Assembly (NCBI RefSeq): GCF_006345805.1
Contig: NW_021834869.1
Location: forward strand, 1-44,574
DNA: 44,574 nt
Direction: 5' to 3'
Origin: Octopus sinensis
Taxonomy: Eukaryota
The stretch's first letter is position 1. The number at the start of each line of letters is the position of its first letter. Below, piece by piece: positions 1 through 10,947 of this stretch. A model generated the notes under the pieces. The model saw nothing but the letters and a program-made list of their open reading frames with translations, searched no databases and was not told the origin of the DNA. The translations under genes and the position numbers were made by a program.

Positions 1-1189
1 AAACGTGTGTGTTTGTGTGTGTGTGTGTGTGCGTGCGTGCGTCGTAACGGAATAGATTAAATATTTTACTTTGAATTTCTTCAATAATTCGAGGTGAGAA
101 ACTTTTCATCAGGACACGTAGAGAATGAGGAGAGGGTACAGTGTTGTTAGCTTTGCTCAGTTATGTGAGGGTAGTGACGCAACATTGGTAATCTCAGAAT
201 CAAGGAGGCTTTCTTTGTTAAACAAGAACTACATGAGGCAGATACTAACTTTGGCATATTAAAACACAAACAATACCTTTGTTGGGGTCTCTTGTATGTT
301 TTGTCTAGGTATTATGGCTAAAATATGCAATGCGATACACTGATTCGCAGTACCGGTATATTCTACAAAATGAGAAAGACGCAGTTATTGTTTCATCTTT
401 CAGATGCATACATAAATAAATAAATAATTAAACATATATGGAATGATTAGAAGAGGTCTTCACGGTCCTTTTAAGACCAAAACCAGCATCTTAACTTCAT
501 TCTTTGCTGAGATATTGCATTCTGATAGTCGCGAAACTTTGCGTTTTTCTCGGTTTTTAAGTAATGGTGCTTACGACGGTCAGTTACTAAACGCCTCATA
601 TATTATTGTGACAGAAAGTGAAATACTTAGCATTCTTTCCTGTTTTCTTTTTTTTCGCTTTGTAGAATTTCCACAGGTTCCACTTCAAAAAATTAATTGA
701 GGTATTTAGCTTTATTTTCTTTTTATTCTTTCAAAGCACAGGCAGGGGTAATTTTTAAAAGGACATTCAATGAAAGAAGGAGCTGCAATTGGAAATACTA
801 ATAGCCATAGCTGAGAAGAATGTGTTCACATAGACCGCCATTTGCTGACTCAAACCGTCCAGCAAATATCTTGTACAGCAATGGATGCAGTACAAGATAT
901 TACTTAGTCCAGCGCAATCATTGATATCAAATTGTCTTTCACAAGTTTTCCTATCTTCAGTATACTATTCTCTTTTACACTCTTAGAAAAATAGATAGAC
1001 AGACGATATTTACATCATGGTTCTGCATAATTCTGCTGTATTCAAACTGGGCGCTATTGTTCCTTGGAGGCAATTGAATTAGGCGGGAAAGAAAATGAAA
1101 GCGTTGGACGAAGAACGAATAAGATGGAGCGAAAATATTAGTATCTTTGACTCTATTCAACCATCCAAACATCTATGTATCTATCTGTC

Positions 1190-1192
1190 TGC

Positions 1193-1262
<70 letters not shown>

Positions 1263-1303
1263 GTCTATCTATCTATCTGCCTGTCTATCTATCTATCTGC
1301 CTG

Positions 1304-1398
<95 letters not shown>
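1190..1398 (+). repeat. (TCTA)n tetranucleotide microsatellite
   Basis: Long TCTA run with TCTG variants; source of the YLSI/SIYL pseudo-ORFs. Confidence 0.97.
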
Positions 1399-1402
<4 letters not shown>

Positions 1403-1904
1403 AGCCAACTTACCATCATTTAGCCATCTATCCATCCATCTACGGTAATAAGAATTCACTGAACTGTAAAGTAGTCAGGATATTAGCAACGCAAGTGAAG
1501 TGGAATAATCGTAATTGGGAATGGAATTCGCAACGTAAATTCGAAGTTGGTTGGCCGCGAGCTTAGTAAGTTGGTTCTAGCTTGTGTAGTATGGAAGCAC
1601 AGAATTGTATGCGATTGCATATATTTTATGATAATACACACACACACACCTGCCTATGTACAGAATATGTGGGTGTTCTTGTGAGTGTGTATATATGAGT
1701 ATAAACACACACAAACACACACAATCAATTGCTAATAATCAATTTTTTCTACAATTTACGAATATTTACATTGTATGTACAATTTATACATTCATACATA
1801 CACACATATACAAATACACATGCAGTCGTTTATAAAGAGATGGATATATATATCTATATATATATATATATAAGTGTGCGTGCGTGTGTGTGTGCGTGTG
1901 CCAT

Positions 1905-1944
<40 letters not shown>

Positions 1945-2109
1945 TATATACATACATACATACATATATATATAGATATAGATATAGATAGATGGATAGA
2001 TACATGTGTGTGTGTGACTACCGCATCTATAAATATAATGATGGATTACATCTTTAATTTGTAGTCATAGTGAGGGCCAAAAATCCGTACAAGTCTGCGG
2101 GGATTTCTT

Positions 2110-2222
2110 CACAACACCACCACCACCACCGAAACCACCATCATTCCTTTGCTCACCATTCCCGCCATCCCCCCACCACCACTACCGTCAGCAGCGCCAC
2201 TTCGTATATCACTACTACTACT

Positions 2223-2257
<35 letters not shown>

Positions 2258-2280
2258 ACTACTACTACTACTACTACTGT
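2110..2280 (+). repeat. Compound (CAC)n/(TAC)n trinucleotide repeats
   Basis: Visible CAC and TAC runs; source of the poly-H/Y/L pseudo-ORF. Confidence 0.9.
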
Positions 2281-2656
2281 TGCCGCTGTAGCCAGCACCA
2301 CAAGTAACTCTTAAAACTGTTCTTGGTCCCTTAGGTGTATGAAATTGTGGGCAACAGTGCAACATATTCGGCACCAAAGAAGTTCCTCGGGGCCAGGAGA
2401 GTGAACCGTAAGAATCATGGCTAGTTTAACCGGCCACAACCTTTCTCACACGAGGAGCACAAATTTACAGACTTCAGACGTCCTCTCACAGATGTCTGTG
2501 TGTGTGTGTGTTGTGTGTGTGTGTGTGTGTGTTTATATGTATGTACATATACAAACTTATATACATAGTAATTCATTATATATATATATATATATATATA
2601 TGGTGTGTGAATATATATATGCGCATATATAATATATATATATATATATATATAAG

Positions 2657-2707
<51 letters not shown>

Positions 2708-3012
2708 TGTGTGTGTATACTCACATGTAAAAATACGTATGTACATTTATAAAAATTAACACGCACACAGAAATGCACGCACACACAATGTGTCCATTGA
2801 CCAAATATGATGACCCACATGCCAGACAACGTAAACAACAATGACCTCTATATAGGGATGGTCAGTTGAAGGTCACAACTTCCACCACACCTACGTTTCT
2901 TTTCTCCTACCTAAAGACTGGACAATGTCCAGCCTACACGTGAAGCTTTTCATAGTCGGCCCAATTCGTTGGCTATTGAAATCGTATTTGGCCTCAGAGG
3001 CTACATAAATTG

Positions 3013-3056
<44 letters not shown>

Positions 3057-3062
3057 TGTATA

Positions 3063-3102
<40 letters not shown>

Positions 3103-3135
3103 TATGTGTGTGTGTGAGTTTGTGTATGTATGCAT

Positions 3136-3443
3136 ATTGTAACAGGTCGTCACCAACAGTAAACAACATGGAATACGACAAAATGAGTTGAATACACAAC
3201 CAACGAGAGAAACAGATGGAAAACAGGACAAGTAACACAGAGAACGACCCTTCATCAGTTGTCGGCTGTCTATGTACTCATTTTGAGCATTGAATGAGGA
3301 GTAGATAGACAGCTGACAACTGATGAAAGGTCCTTCTTTGCGTTACTTGTCCTGTTTTCCATTTGTTTCTATCGTTGGTTGCGTATTCAACTCATTTGTT
3401 TTCGTATTTCATGTTGTTTATTATTGGTGACGTTCTGTACAAT
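3136..3443. mobile_element. Fold-back (inverted-duplication) element, probably PLE pseudo-LTR derived
   Basis: Arms ~3136-3279 and ~3298-3443 are reverse complements (roughly 85% by eye). Each carries gacaactgatgaa(g/a)gg. Flanked by CA/TA microsatellites. Related non-palindromic copy at ~41690-41870. Confidence 0.7.
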
Positions 3444-3487
3444 GTAAATATATATATATATATCTATATATATATATATATATATGT

Positions 3488-3766
3488 ATATCACGTGACC
3501 ACGTGACCGATCAGACCATCAGATGTTGCTACACATCGCTGGTCACAATGCGTTCGCCACCCCGCTGGCTAAGCGAGCAGGCCAACAGAAGAAAGTGAGA
3601 AAGAGTGGTGAAAGAGTACAGCAGGGATCACCACCCCCTGCCAGAGCCTCGTGGAGCTTGTAGGGGTTTTCGCTCAATAAACACTCACAACGCCCGGTCT
3701 GGGAATCGAAACCGCGATCCTCCGACCGCGAGTCCGCTGCCCTAACCACTGGGCCATTGCGCCTCC
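3488..3766 (-). mobile_element. tRNA-derived SINE, family C, full length
   Basis: Minus strand starts GGAGGCGCAATGGCCCAGTGGTTAGGGCAGCGG (A box) with GGTTTCGATTCCC (B box). Near-identical head at 17709 (+). Confidence 0.9.
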
Positions 3767-3780
3767 ATATATATATATAC

Positions 3781-4176
3781 TCTCTTTTACTTGCTTCAGT
3801 CATTTGACTCCGGCCATGCTGGAGCACCGCCTTTAATCGAGCAACTCGATCCCCCGGGACTTATTCTTTGTAAGCCCAGTACTTATTCTATCGGTCTCTT
3901 TTTGCCGAACCGCTTAGTGACGGGAACATAAACACACCAGCATCGGTTGTCAAGCAATGCTAGGGGGACAAACACAAACATACACGCACACACATATATA
4001 CATATATACATACATATATACGACGGGCTTCTTTCAGTTTCCGTCTACCAAATCTACTCACAAGGCTTTGGTCGGCCCGAGGCTATAGTAGAAGACACTT
4101 GCCCAAGGTGCCACGCAGTGGGACTGAACCCGGAACCATGTAGTTGGTAAACAAGCTACTTACCACACAGCCACTC
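3781..4176 (-). mobile_element. tRNA-derived SINE, family A, full length
   Basis: Head TGGCTGTGTGGTAAG..GGTTCAGTCCC, CORE-like gcaccttgggcaagtgtctt, internal microsatellite, tail gcatggcc..gtcaaatgactgaa(a/g)caagtaaaagag. Same layout as 28887-29324. Confidence 0.92.
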
Positions 4177-4299
4177 ATTTATATTACTATTTGATTGAAC
4201 GCCACGCATCAATTTCCAAGAAAGTTTATATACATTCATACATACATGCATACATTCATAAGAATATCAATTTTTGAAGTCGGGTACTTATTCTATTGT

Positions 4300-4336
<37 letters not shown>

Positions 4337-4459
4337 TAGATATGCGTGTTTATATATATATACACATACAAAACACATACACAAAACTTGCAGATATACA
4401 AACAAGTACATATTTCTGCGTGAGTTAAGAAACGGTGATGAGTGAAAATTTTGTAAATA

Positions 4460-4664
4460 CAGCAATCCTCGACTATTGCGGGTGTTACGTACCAAAACCC
4501 CTTACGATAGGTGAAAATCTGCGAAGTACTGTATATTTTTCTTTTCATTACTTTTATAATTTGTATATATTTTATTTAAATGCAAAACAACACCACGGAG
4601 GAATCGACGTAAACTTAAATAATAAACCGCGAAAGGTGAACGGCAATATGGCGAGGGATTACTG
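4460..4664. mobile_element. pogo/Tigger-type MITE
   Basis: Imperfect TIRs cagcaatcctcgactattgc / gcaatatggcgagggattactg; TA on the left, CA (decayed TA) on the right; no coding capacity. Confidence 0.75.
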
Positions 4665-5148
4665 CATAACTATATCCCGTGCGTATTAACTAAAGAAAAT
4701 AAAGTCCAATACTGGAGCATATAAGCCCACGACAGAAATAAATGAGCATTAGTACACGTAGGAATTGAACCATACCTTACATCTTACTGTGGTGTGGGTT
4801 CGATTCCTATGTGTACTAATACCCACCTTTTTTCCGTCGTGGATTCATATGCCCCAATATTAGCGTATTTTGTTTAGTTGATATATACGGTAAAATCTTA
4901 TATACACAGATATGTATCGCTGCTATTATGCAAAAGTGTCGTAAGTCCAAAACATTGCTTTTTCAGAAAACGAAAATATTGTTTCACCATTCTATAACAA
5001 AACTGTTGTACTATACTTTGACAATTTTTCATATCTTGGCATCTGAAGCAGCTGGAGATACGATAGTTTGACCAAAAGAACCAACTATTGCAAGCAAAAA
5101 TATGTATTTTTAATATATGAAACACAGGGTAAGGCAGCGAGCTGGCAG

Positions 5149-5186
<38 letters not shown>

Positions 5187-5969
5187 GTTGACTTTGTAAT
5201 GGATATTAATTACAATATCTAATCTGACTTGGATGCGTCACTTATAACGTCGTAGACTGCGGTGAACGCCCCTAATAATCATCACAGGGACACCGTATGT
5301 CTGACAAGGCAGGTCTCGAATATCAATTAGTATTCATCGGATGGGATTCCACACAGTTTTCATCAATCTAATTTCATACGCTGCTCGGTACTGACCCAAG
5401 TTTACAATAGAAGAGACATCAAAAATGTCATCCCTCGGGATCGAAACCTGGATCTCTAGATTGCATAGACAACTTCTTAAGAACTTAGCCATGTTATACA
5501 CACATACACACACATATTTGCATGTTCACAGATACGTGTATATGTGTGTATATATGTAGATATATGATTATATATATATATATATATATATATATAGATA
5601 TAGATATATATATATGCATGTATATATGTATACATACAGACGTATGTTTAAAGGGTTGCATATATGTATACAGCGCCCTTCGAACGAAATAATAATAGCA
5701 GAATGTTTTGGAACTGCCAAAATATTGATGCGAGGTCATGACCCAATCGATGTCATGTGATCAACAATCTTACGACGATTCTTGAATGCTGACAATATTT
5801 GGTAAAGGTTGACGTCCTGATGTCAGTGAAGGAATCATCGGAATAGCAAGAAGATGGGTAATGGATGGAGTTACTGATACTTCTGTTGGCATACATACAT
5901 ACATACATACATACATACATACATACATACACACACATGTACACAAAGACAGACATATATGTTTATATG

Positions 5970-6001
<32 letters not shown>

Positions 6002-6399
6002 GTAATGCTATTTTTATATAAGCTTAATGCTTATGGCGATCACCGAGCAATAGCTAAGGAAAACAGTCTAATAAAGGGGTGTGAAGCATATTCTGTTGTA
6101 TCTGGGGAGAGTCACTCACCGGTAAAATTTCCACTTATTTCTTTTTTATTTTTCAAAACTATTAAAAAGGTTGCAAGACGCAACGAAAATTTTAGAAAAA
6201 TAAAAAAGAAATAAGTGGAAATTTTACCGATGTGTGTGTTAAATTATAAGGCACCAAAAGTGAATGACTCTCCCCAGACACAACAGTGTGTGTATATATA
6301 TATATATAGAGAGAGAGAGTTTCAAATGCCGGAACTAAGAGCTACGATACATTCTCATGGGCTATTAATGACAATAGACGCTATAAAAAGCTATTGAAT

Positions 6400-6688
6400 G
6401 AAAAAGAAGTTACTCTAATTAGTAAGAAAAAATATAAAATATTAAAGATAAAATATTACACGGTCTTATTCTTTTGTTGTCACCGTTTTTATCTACCTCG
6501 TGAAGACCACTCGCGTTTTTATTCCCTCTGTCCTCCCACCTCGGGATCTTTCTTTCTCTATTTTCCGACGAAGAGCCCCGCTCGAAACGTCATACCCCCT
6601 TCTTCCCTTTTTTTCCTGAGCGCCTAATAATACTTTAATTGTTCCAACCTTTTGCGTTGTTGTCTTTTTGTTTTTCTTGTTTGGATTA

Positions 6689-6692
<4 letters not shown>
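6400..6692 (+). mobile_element. PLE pseudo-LTR-like element carrying a minimal hammerhead motif
   Basis: T-rich segment containing the hammerhead-like motif at 6565-6594 and ending in a long (TA)n; boundaries approximate. Confidence 0.5.
6561..6594 (+). ncRNA. Minimal type I hammerhead ribozyme-like motif (CCGACGA core)
   Basis: uuuu CCGACGA a GAGC ccc GCUC GAAAC GUC aua: 4-bp stem II, GAAA, palindromic ACGU stem III, GUC triplet; stem I is weak. Confidence 0.55.
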
Positions 6693-6771
<79 letters not shown>

Positions 6772-6772
6772 A

Positions 6773-7337
6773 CGAGGGTGAGTCAAAATGTAATGCATTT
6801 TGTTTAGGACAGGTATAATTACCAGCACAGGAACATATATCAAACATCAAAATGAGGCTGGTCCTCTGTAGATCACATCCCTACTACTCAACATAGTCAC
6901 AGTTTCTCTCAATAGCAATGATCCACCTTCGAATGAGAGCATGTATTCCTGCCCCGTAAAATTCTGTTGATTGTTCTTTGAGCCATTTCTTCACTACAGA
7001 TTTCACTTCCTCGTCACTGGAATAATGTTTGCCTCTCAAACCTTCTTTCATGGGGCCGAAGAGATGATAGTCCAGTGACGATGATAGTCCAGAGACGAGG
7101 AAGTGAAAACTGTAGTGAAGAAGTGGCTCAAAGAACAGTCAACAGAATTTTTCGGGGCAGGGATACATGCTCTAATTCGAAGGTGGAACATTGCTGCTGA
7201 GAGAAACGGCGACTATGTTGAGAGGTAGGGATGTGATCCACAGAGGACCAGTTTCCTTTTGATGTATGATACATGTTCCTGTGCTGGTAATTATACCTGT
7301 CCTAAACAAAATGGCATTACTTTTTGACTCACCCTCG
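6773..7337. mobile_element. Fully palindromic mariner-derived MITE
   Basis: Ends CGAGGGTGAGTCAAAA / TTTTGACTCACCCTCG (mariner-type TIR). Both halves are inverted copies of a mariner 3' end, roughly 90% identical by eye. Sits in a TA/TG microsatellite. Confidence 0.92.
6884..7072 (-). pseudogene. Mariner transposase C-terminal remnant
   Basis: Translates DYHLFGPMKEGLRGKHYSSDEEVKSVVKKWLKEQSTEFYGAGIHALIRRWIIAIERNCDYVE*, the typical mariner C-terminus after the SPDLAPSDYHLF motif. Confidence 0.9.
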
Positions 7338-7484
7338 TGTGTGTGTATATATATATATAACTTATAAAATAAGGGCAAAAGAAAAATTCTAATGCCAAAT
7401 ATGCCGAAAAACTGCATATTTTGCCCTTATTTTATAAGTTATTTATAAATTTAACCTCTAAAGGTATTTTTTGATATGCTGGCC

Positions 7485-7486
<2 letters not shown>

Positions 7487-7575
<89 letters not shown>
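7487..7575 (+). repeat. (TCTA)n microsatellite
   Basis: Pure tetranucleotide run. Confidence 0.97.
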
Positions 7576-7576
<1 letters not shown>

Positions 7577-7935
7577 GCATACATATCTGGTTGCTTGTAT
7601 ATATGTGTATGTGTATACATACACAAGTAAGCAGACACGCATACATATATATTTCTAAATATAATTTTAAATATTATATGTGTGTGTTTGTATGTGCATA
7701 TACAAATATACATCCAACACATACGCGCGCACACACACACACACATATATATATACGTATGCAGACAAGGCTATGGGAGCAGAAATATAACAGTGACATA
7801 TATACAATCCCCAGATGACAGTTCATTGTGTTAGTGTCTTTCTGAAATCTGTGTCTCGAAGACGATCTGATTTGCATATGGAAATCACAACAGACATCAA
7901 TACCTCTTTCCCACCCTCTCTCACAGACACACACA

Positions 7936-8005
<70 letters not shown>

Positions 8006-8157
8006 TTGTATGTTTATGTCTATTTCTATGTAAATAAATATACACAAATATTTGTGTGAATATATATATATTGCATACACCGTTATATATTCATTTTGAT
8101 AAATCTCTCATTCCCTACTTCTGTATGCAGTTGAGTCGATAGGAGGGTGTGTTTATG

Positions 8158-8196
<39 letters not shown>

Positions 8197-8403
8197 AAGA
8201 AGGGTAGTAATATTATTTACTACCAGGTGCCCAGCACAAAAGACGAATTAGTCATAAGACAAAAATATTATTCATATAGAAAAATATTATTCATGTAGTT
8301 ATACAATTAAGGGCTCCTAAATTAAGTTGCCGAGTGCTGGGAACACAAAAAGGGGATGAATTTATCGAGAGTGAAAATCAAAAACGTTTACCGATAACTT
8401 TAC

Positions 8404-8479
8404 AACTCGTACCGCGTTTCCTGCTTCTTTCTAGCAAAACACAGAATATGTTTGCTAAGGCCAGCTTCATCAGCGAGTC
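8404..8479 (-). ncRNA. Type I hammerhead ribozyme motif, extended stem II (copy 1)
   Basis: GACUCG CUGAUGA [46-nt hairpin insert] GAAAC GCG GUA CGAGUU; stem I GACUCG/CGAGUU. Confidence 0.6.
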
Positions 8480-8798
8480 GCCTAAATTTAATCGAGGTCT
8501 GCAGCGATGTGGGACTATGTGTTGAACCCGACTACTAGCAGATCTTAACTTTTCAAATCTCTGCGCAGACGCAAAATTTACACGGCAGTATAGGGCATGC
8601 CGGGAAGAATTTTACGAATAAATCCATCATGTAGTATGCGAATATAAACAAGAAGGGTAGTAATATTATTTACTACCAGGTGCCCAGCACAAAAGACGAA
8701 TTAGTCATAAGACAAAAATATTATTCATATAGAAAAATATTATTCATGTAGTTATACAATTAAGGGCTCCTAAATTAAGATGCCGATTAAATTTAGGC

Positions 8799-8874
8799 GA
8801 CTCGCTGATGAAGCTGGCCTTAGCAAACATAGTCTGTGTTTTGCTAGAAAGAAGCAGAAACCGCGGTACGAGTT
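8799..8874 (+). ncRNA. Type I hammerhead ribozyme motif, extended stem II (copy 2)
   Basis: GACUCG CUGAUGA(8805-8811) [8812-8856 insert with a UAGCAAACAUA/UGUGUUUUGCUA hairpin] GAAA(8857-8860) CCGCG GUA CGAGUU. Stem III ACCGCGGU is a perfect palindrome; predicted cut after 8868. Confidence 0.65.
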
Positions 8875-9389
8875 GTTAAAGTTATCGGTAAACGTTTTTG
8901 ATTTTCACTCTCGATAAATTCATCCCCTTTTTGTGTTCCCAGCACTCGGCATCTTAATTTAGGAGCCCTTAATTGTATATATATATATATATATTATATA
9001 TATATATATATATAATATATATATATATATTCATGAGTATGTATATATATATTCATGTGTATGTATGTATGTATGATTTGAGTGAGCAAACATTTTTTTT
9101 TGTTTGAACGCTAGACTTTTCTACAGAATAAATATATCTTCAGATTCATATCCAACCCTGTCTACTTAGACAGACACCAGCACGTTGTCTTTATACACAC
9201 AATATCTTCGTTGACTGACAGAGAACGACTAACAAAACTGGTTTCAGTCCTGTGTTGGGATTTCGTTTACAAATGAATGCTCTTTATATGTTTACAGATA
9301 GTTGAGAAAACGTTAATTGACATGGAAGGCTGGACGGTATCTGAATAATTACCTGTATCATGATCATTCGCACCTTGCATCAAAGTACC

Positions 9390-9939
9390 AACACCATGAC
9401 TGCTGCTCAATGATCTGTGAATACTTTAAAGACCATAAGGCGTGATATGGGCAGCTGCAACAGAGACTACAAAGCAGTGGTCAACTGGAAGGAACACAGG
9501 AAGGTTGTCTCCAGCGAGGGTGACGTCATGCTGCTCCCACATCTTTCAACAGGGCTTTAAGCTAAATTCAGACGGCTTTGTAAGGCTGCTGGAGACTGTG
9601 GTCAAACCATGGCTGGGGGTGTTATTGCGGGTAGGCCATGTGTGGTAGTAGGATTCGGCTCCATACCATACCCCACCCAACGGGATGTCAGGGGTGTTTG
9701 CCAGAAAATTCCTTGTACTTCACCAGCCCTAATTTCTGGCCTCGTAATTTCCCCAATTGTAATCCCACGGATCATTATGTGTGGGTTGCGGTTGATAAAG
9801 ATATCAACCGATCTGCCTTCGAAAGCTAGAGATCAAGGTGTCCAAAGATCTTCCCAGTGACACAATGAGGAACGCTTGCATCAGGTACCGGAGCCGTGCT
9901 AAGGTCATGGTGGAAGCTAAGGGCGGCTAGTTTGAGTAA
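9390..9939 (+). pseudogene. Internally deleted Tc1/mariner (maT/DD37D-like) transposase
   Basis: Frameshifted translation gives VVSSEGDVMLLPHIFQQGFKLNSDGFVRLLETVVKPWL, DSAPYH, FWPRNFPNCNPTDHYVWVAVDKD, and ends ..EAKGG*FE*. These motifs match maT-type transposases as I recall them; the N-terminal piece is joined directly to the catalytic region. Confidence 0.8.
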
Positions 9940-10546
9940 TCGTTTTATCCCATCCGTAACCTAGTTGATATTTTATTATTGTGATGTATACATTTTTGTT
10001 ATTTTCATTATCGTATACCGTTACCTCTGCCTAGGAGGTGTGTAGCGGTATCTAGATAGTTGAATGATCTCCCTTGCTAGAAAGATCATAGAGTAACCTC
10101 CCTTCTATAAGTTTCTCGAATCATCTGTGTCATGAGACGTGATTCTTAATTATTCGAGAAGTTTAGCGTTTCTCTTGGAAGTTTCTAGAATTTCTAGCGT
10201 TCCATTAATAAAAATAGCTTGCTAACCCTACTCTTCGCTTCTTAGTCGATTAGACTTTGAGCCATTCACGTCAATGCTATGTCCGTCTATTTCTCTACGC
10301 CACATGACTGAAAACCACCACTTAGCTGTTATTTCTACACTTTCTATCTCTGAAATTTTTTGTATGGATTACTTCATCTAGATTCTACATTTTGATTCTA
10401 TGGATCATCATTGACTAGTAATTTAAATATATTTTTATGTAGTAAATGTATAGGTCTTGAATTTATTTTTTTATCTCTTTATGAACTATTCTAATAACAT
10501 ACACGCAGCCACATCAACACCTTGTACTGACTATATATTTCCACTA

Positions 10547-10947
10547 CTCTTTTACTTGTTTCAGTCACTTGAACGTGGCCATGCTGGATCACTGCCTTTA
10601 GTCGAGCAAATCGATCCCAGGACTTATTCTTTGTAAGCCTAGTACTTATTCTATCGGTCTCTTTTGCCGAACCGCTAAGTTAAGGGGACGTAAACACACC
10701 AGCATCGGTTGTCAAGCGATGTTGGGGGGGGGGGACAAACACAACCACACAGACAGATACACATACATACATAGATATATATACGACGGACTTCTTTCAG
10801 TTTCCGTCTACCAAATCCACTCACAAGGCCTTGGTCGGCCCGATGCTATAGTAGAAGACACTTGCCCAAGGTGCCACACATTGGGACTGAAGCCGGAACT
10901 ATTTGATTTGTAAGCAAGCTACTTACCACACAGCCACTCCTACGCCT
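10547..10947 (-). mobile_element. SINE family A, full length
   Basis: Same head, core and tail as 3781-4176. Confidence 0.92.

Larger units (their letters stand above)
8189..8978 (-). mobile_element. Young 5'-truncated Penelope-like element with tandem and inverted pseudo-LTRs
   Basis: Plus-strand layout A-B-C-A-B'. A (8189-8331) is duplicated at 8642-8784 with ~1 mismatch; B (8301-8494) is inverted at 8784-8978 with ~5 differences. B carries a hammerhead motif. Flanked by (TA)n on both sides. This is the tandem plus inverted pLTR layout known for PLEs. Confidence 0.8.

Noticed and set aside
60-125. Minus-strand CUGAUGA..CCUC-GAAU hammerhead
   Set aside because: Stem II mismatched, GAAA altered, no stem I partner.
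3690-3766. tRNA gene
   Set aside because: A and B boxes are present but there is no closed acceptor stem, and it runs into a shared SINE body; the same holds for all SINE heads.
8189-8978. Direct repeats as a CRISPR array or LTR pair
   Set aside because: Only two long repeats plus an inversion in eukaryotic repeat-rich DNA; no spacer array, TG..CA ends or PBS. Fits a PLE pseudo-LTR layout.
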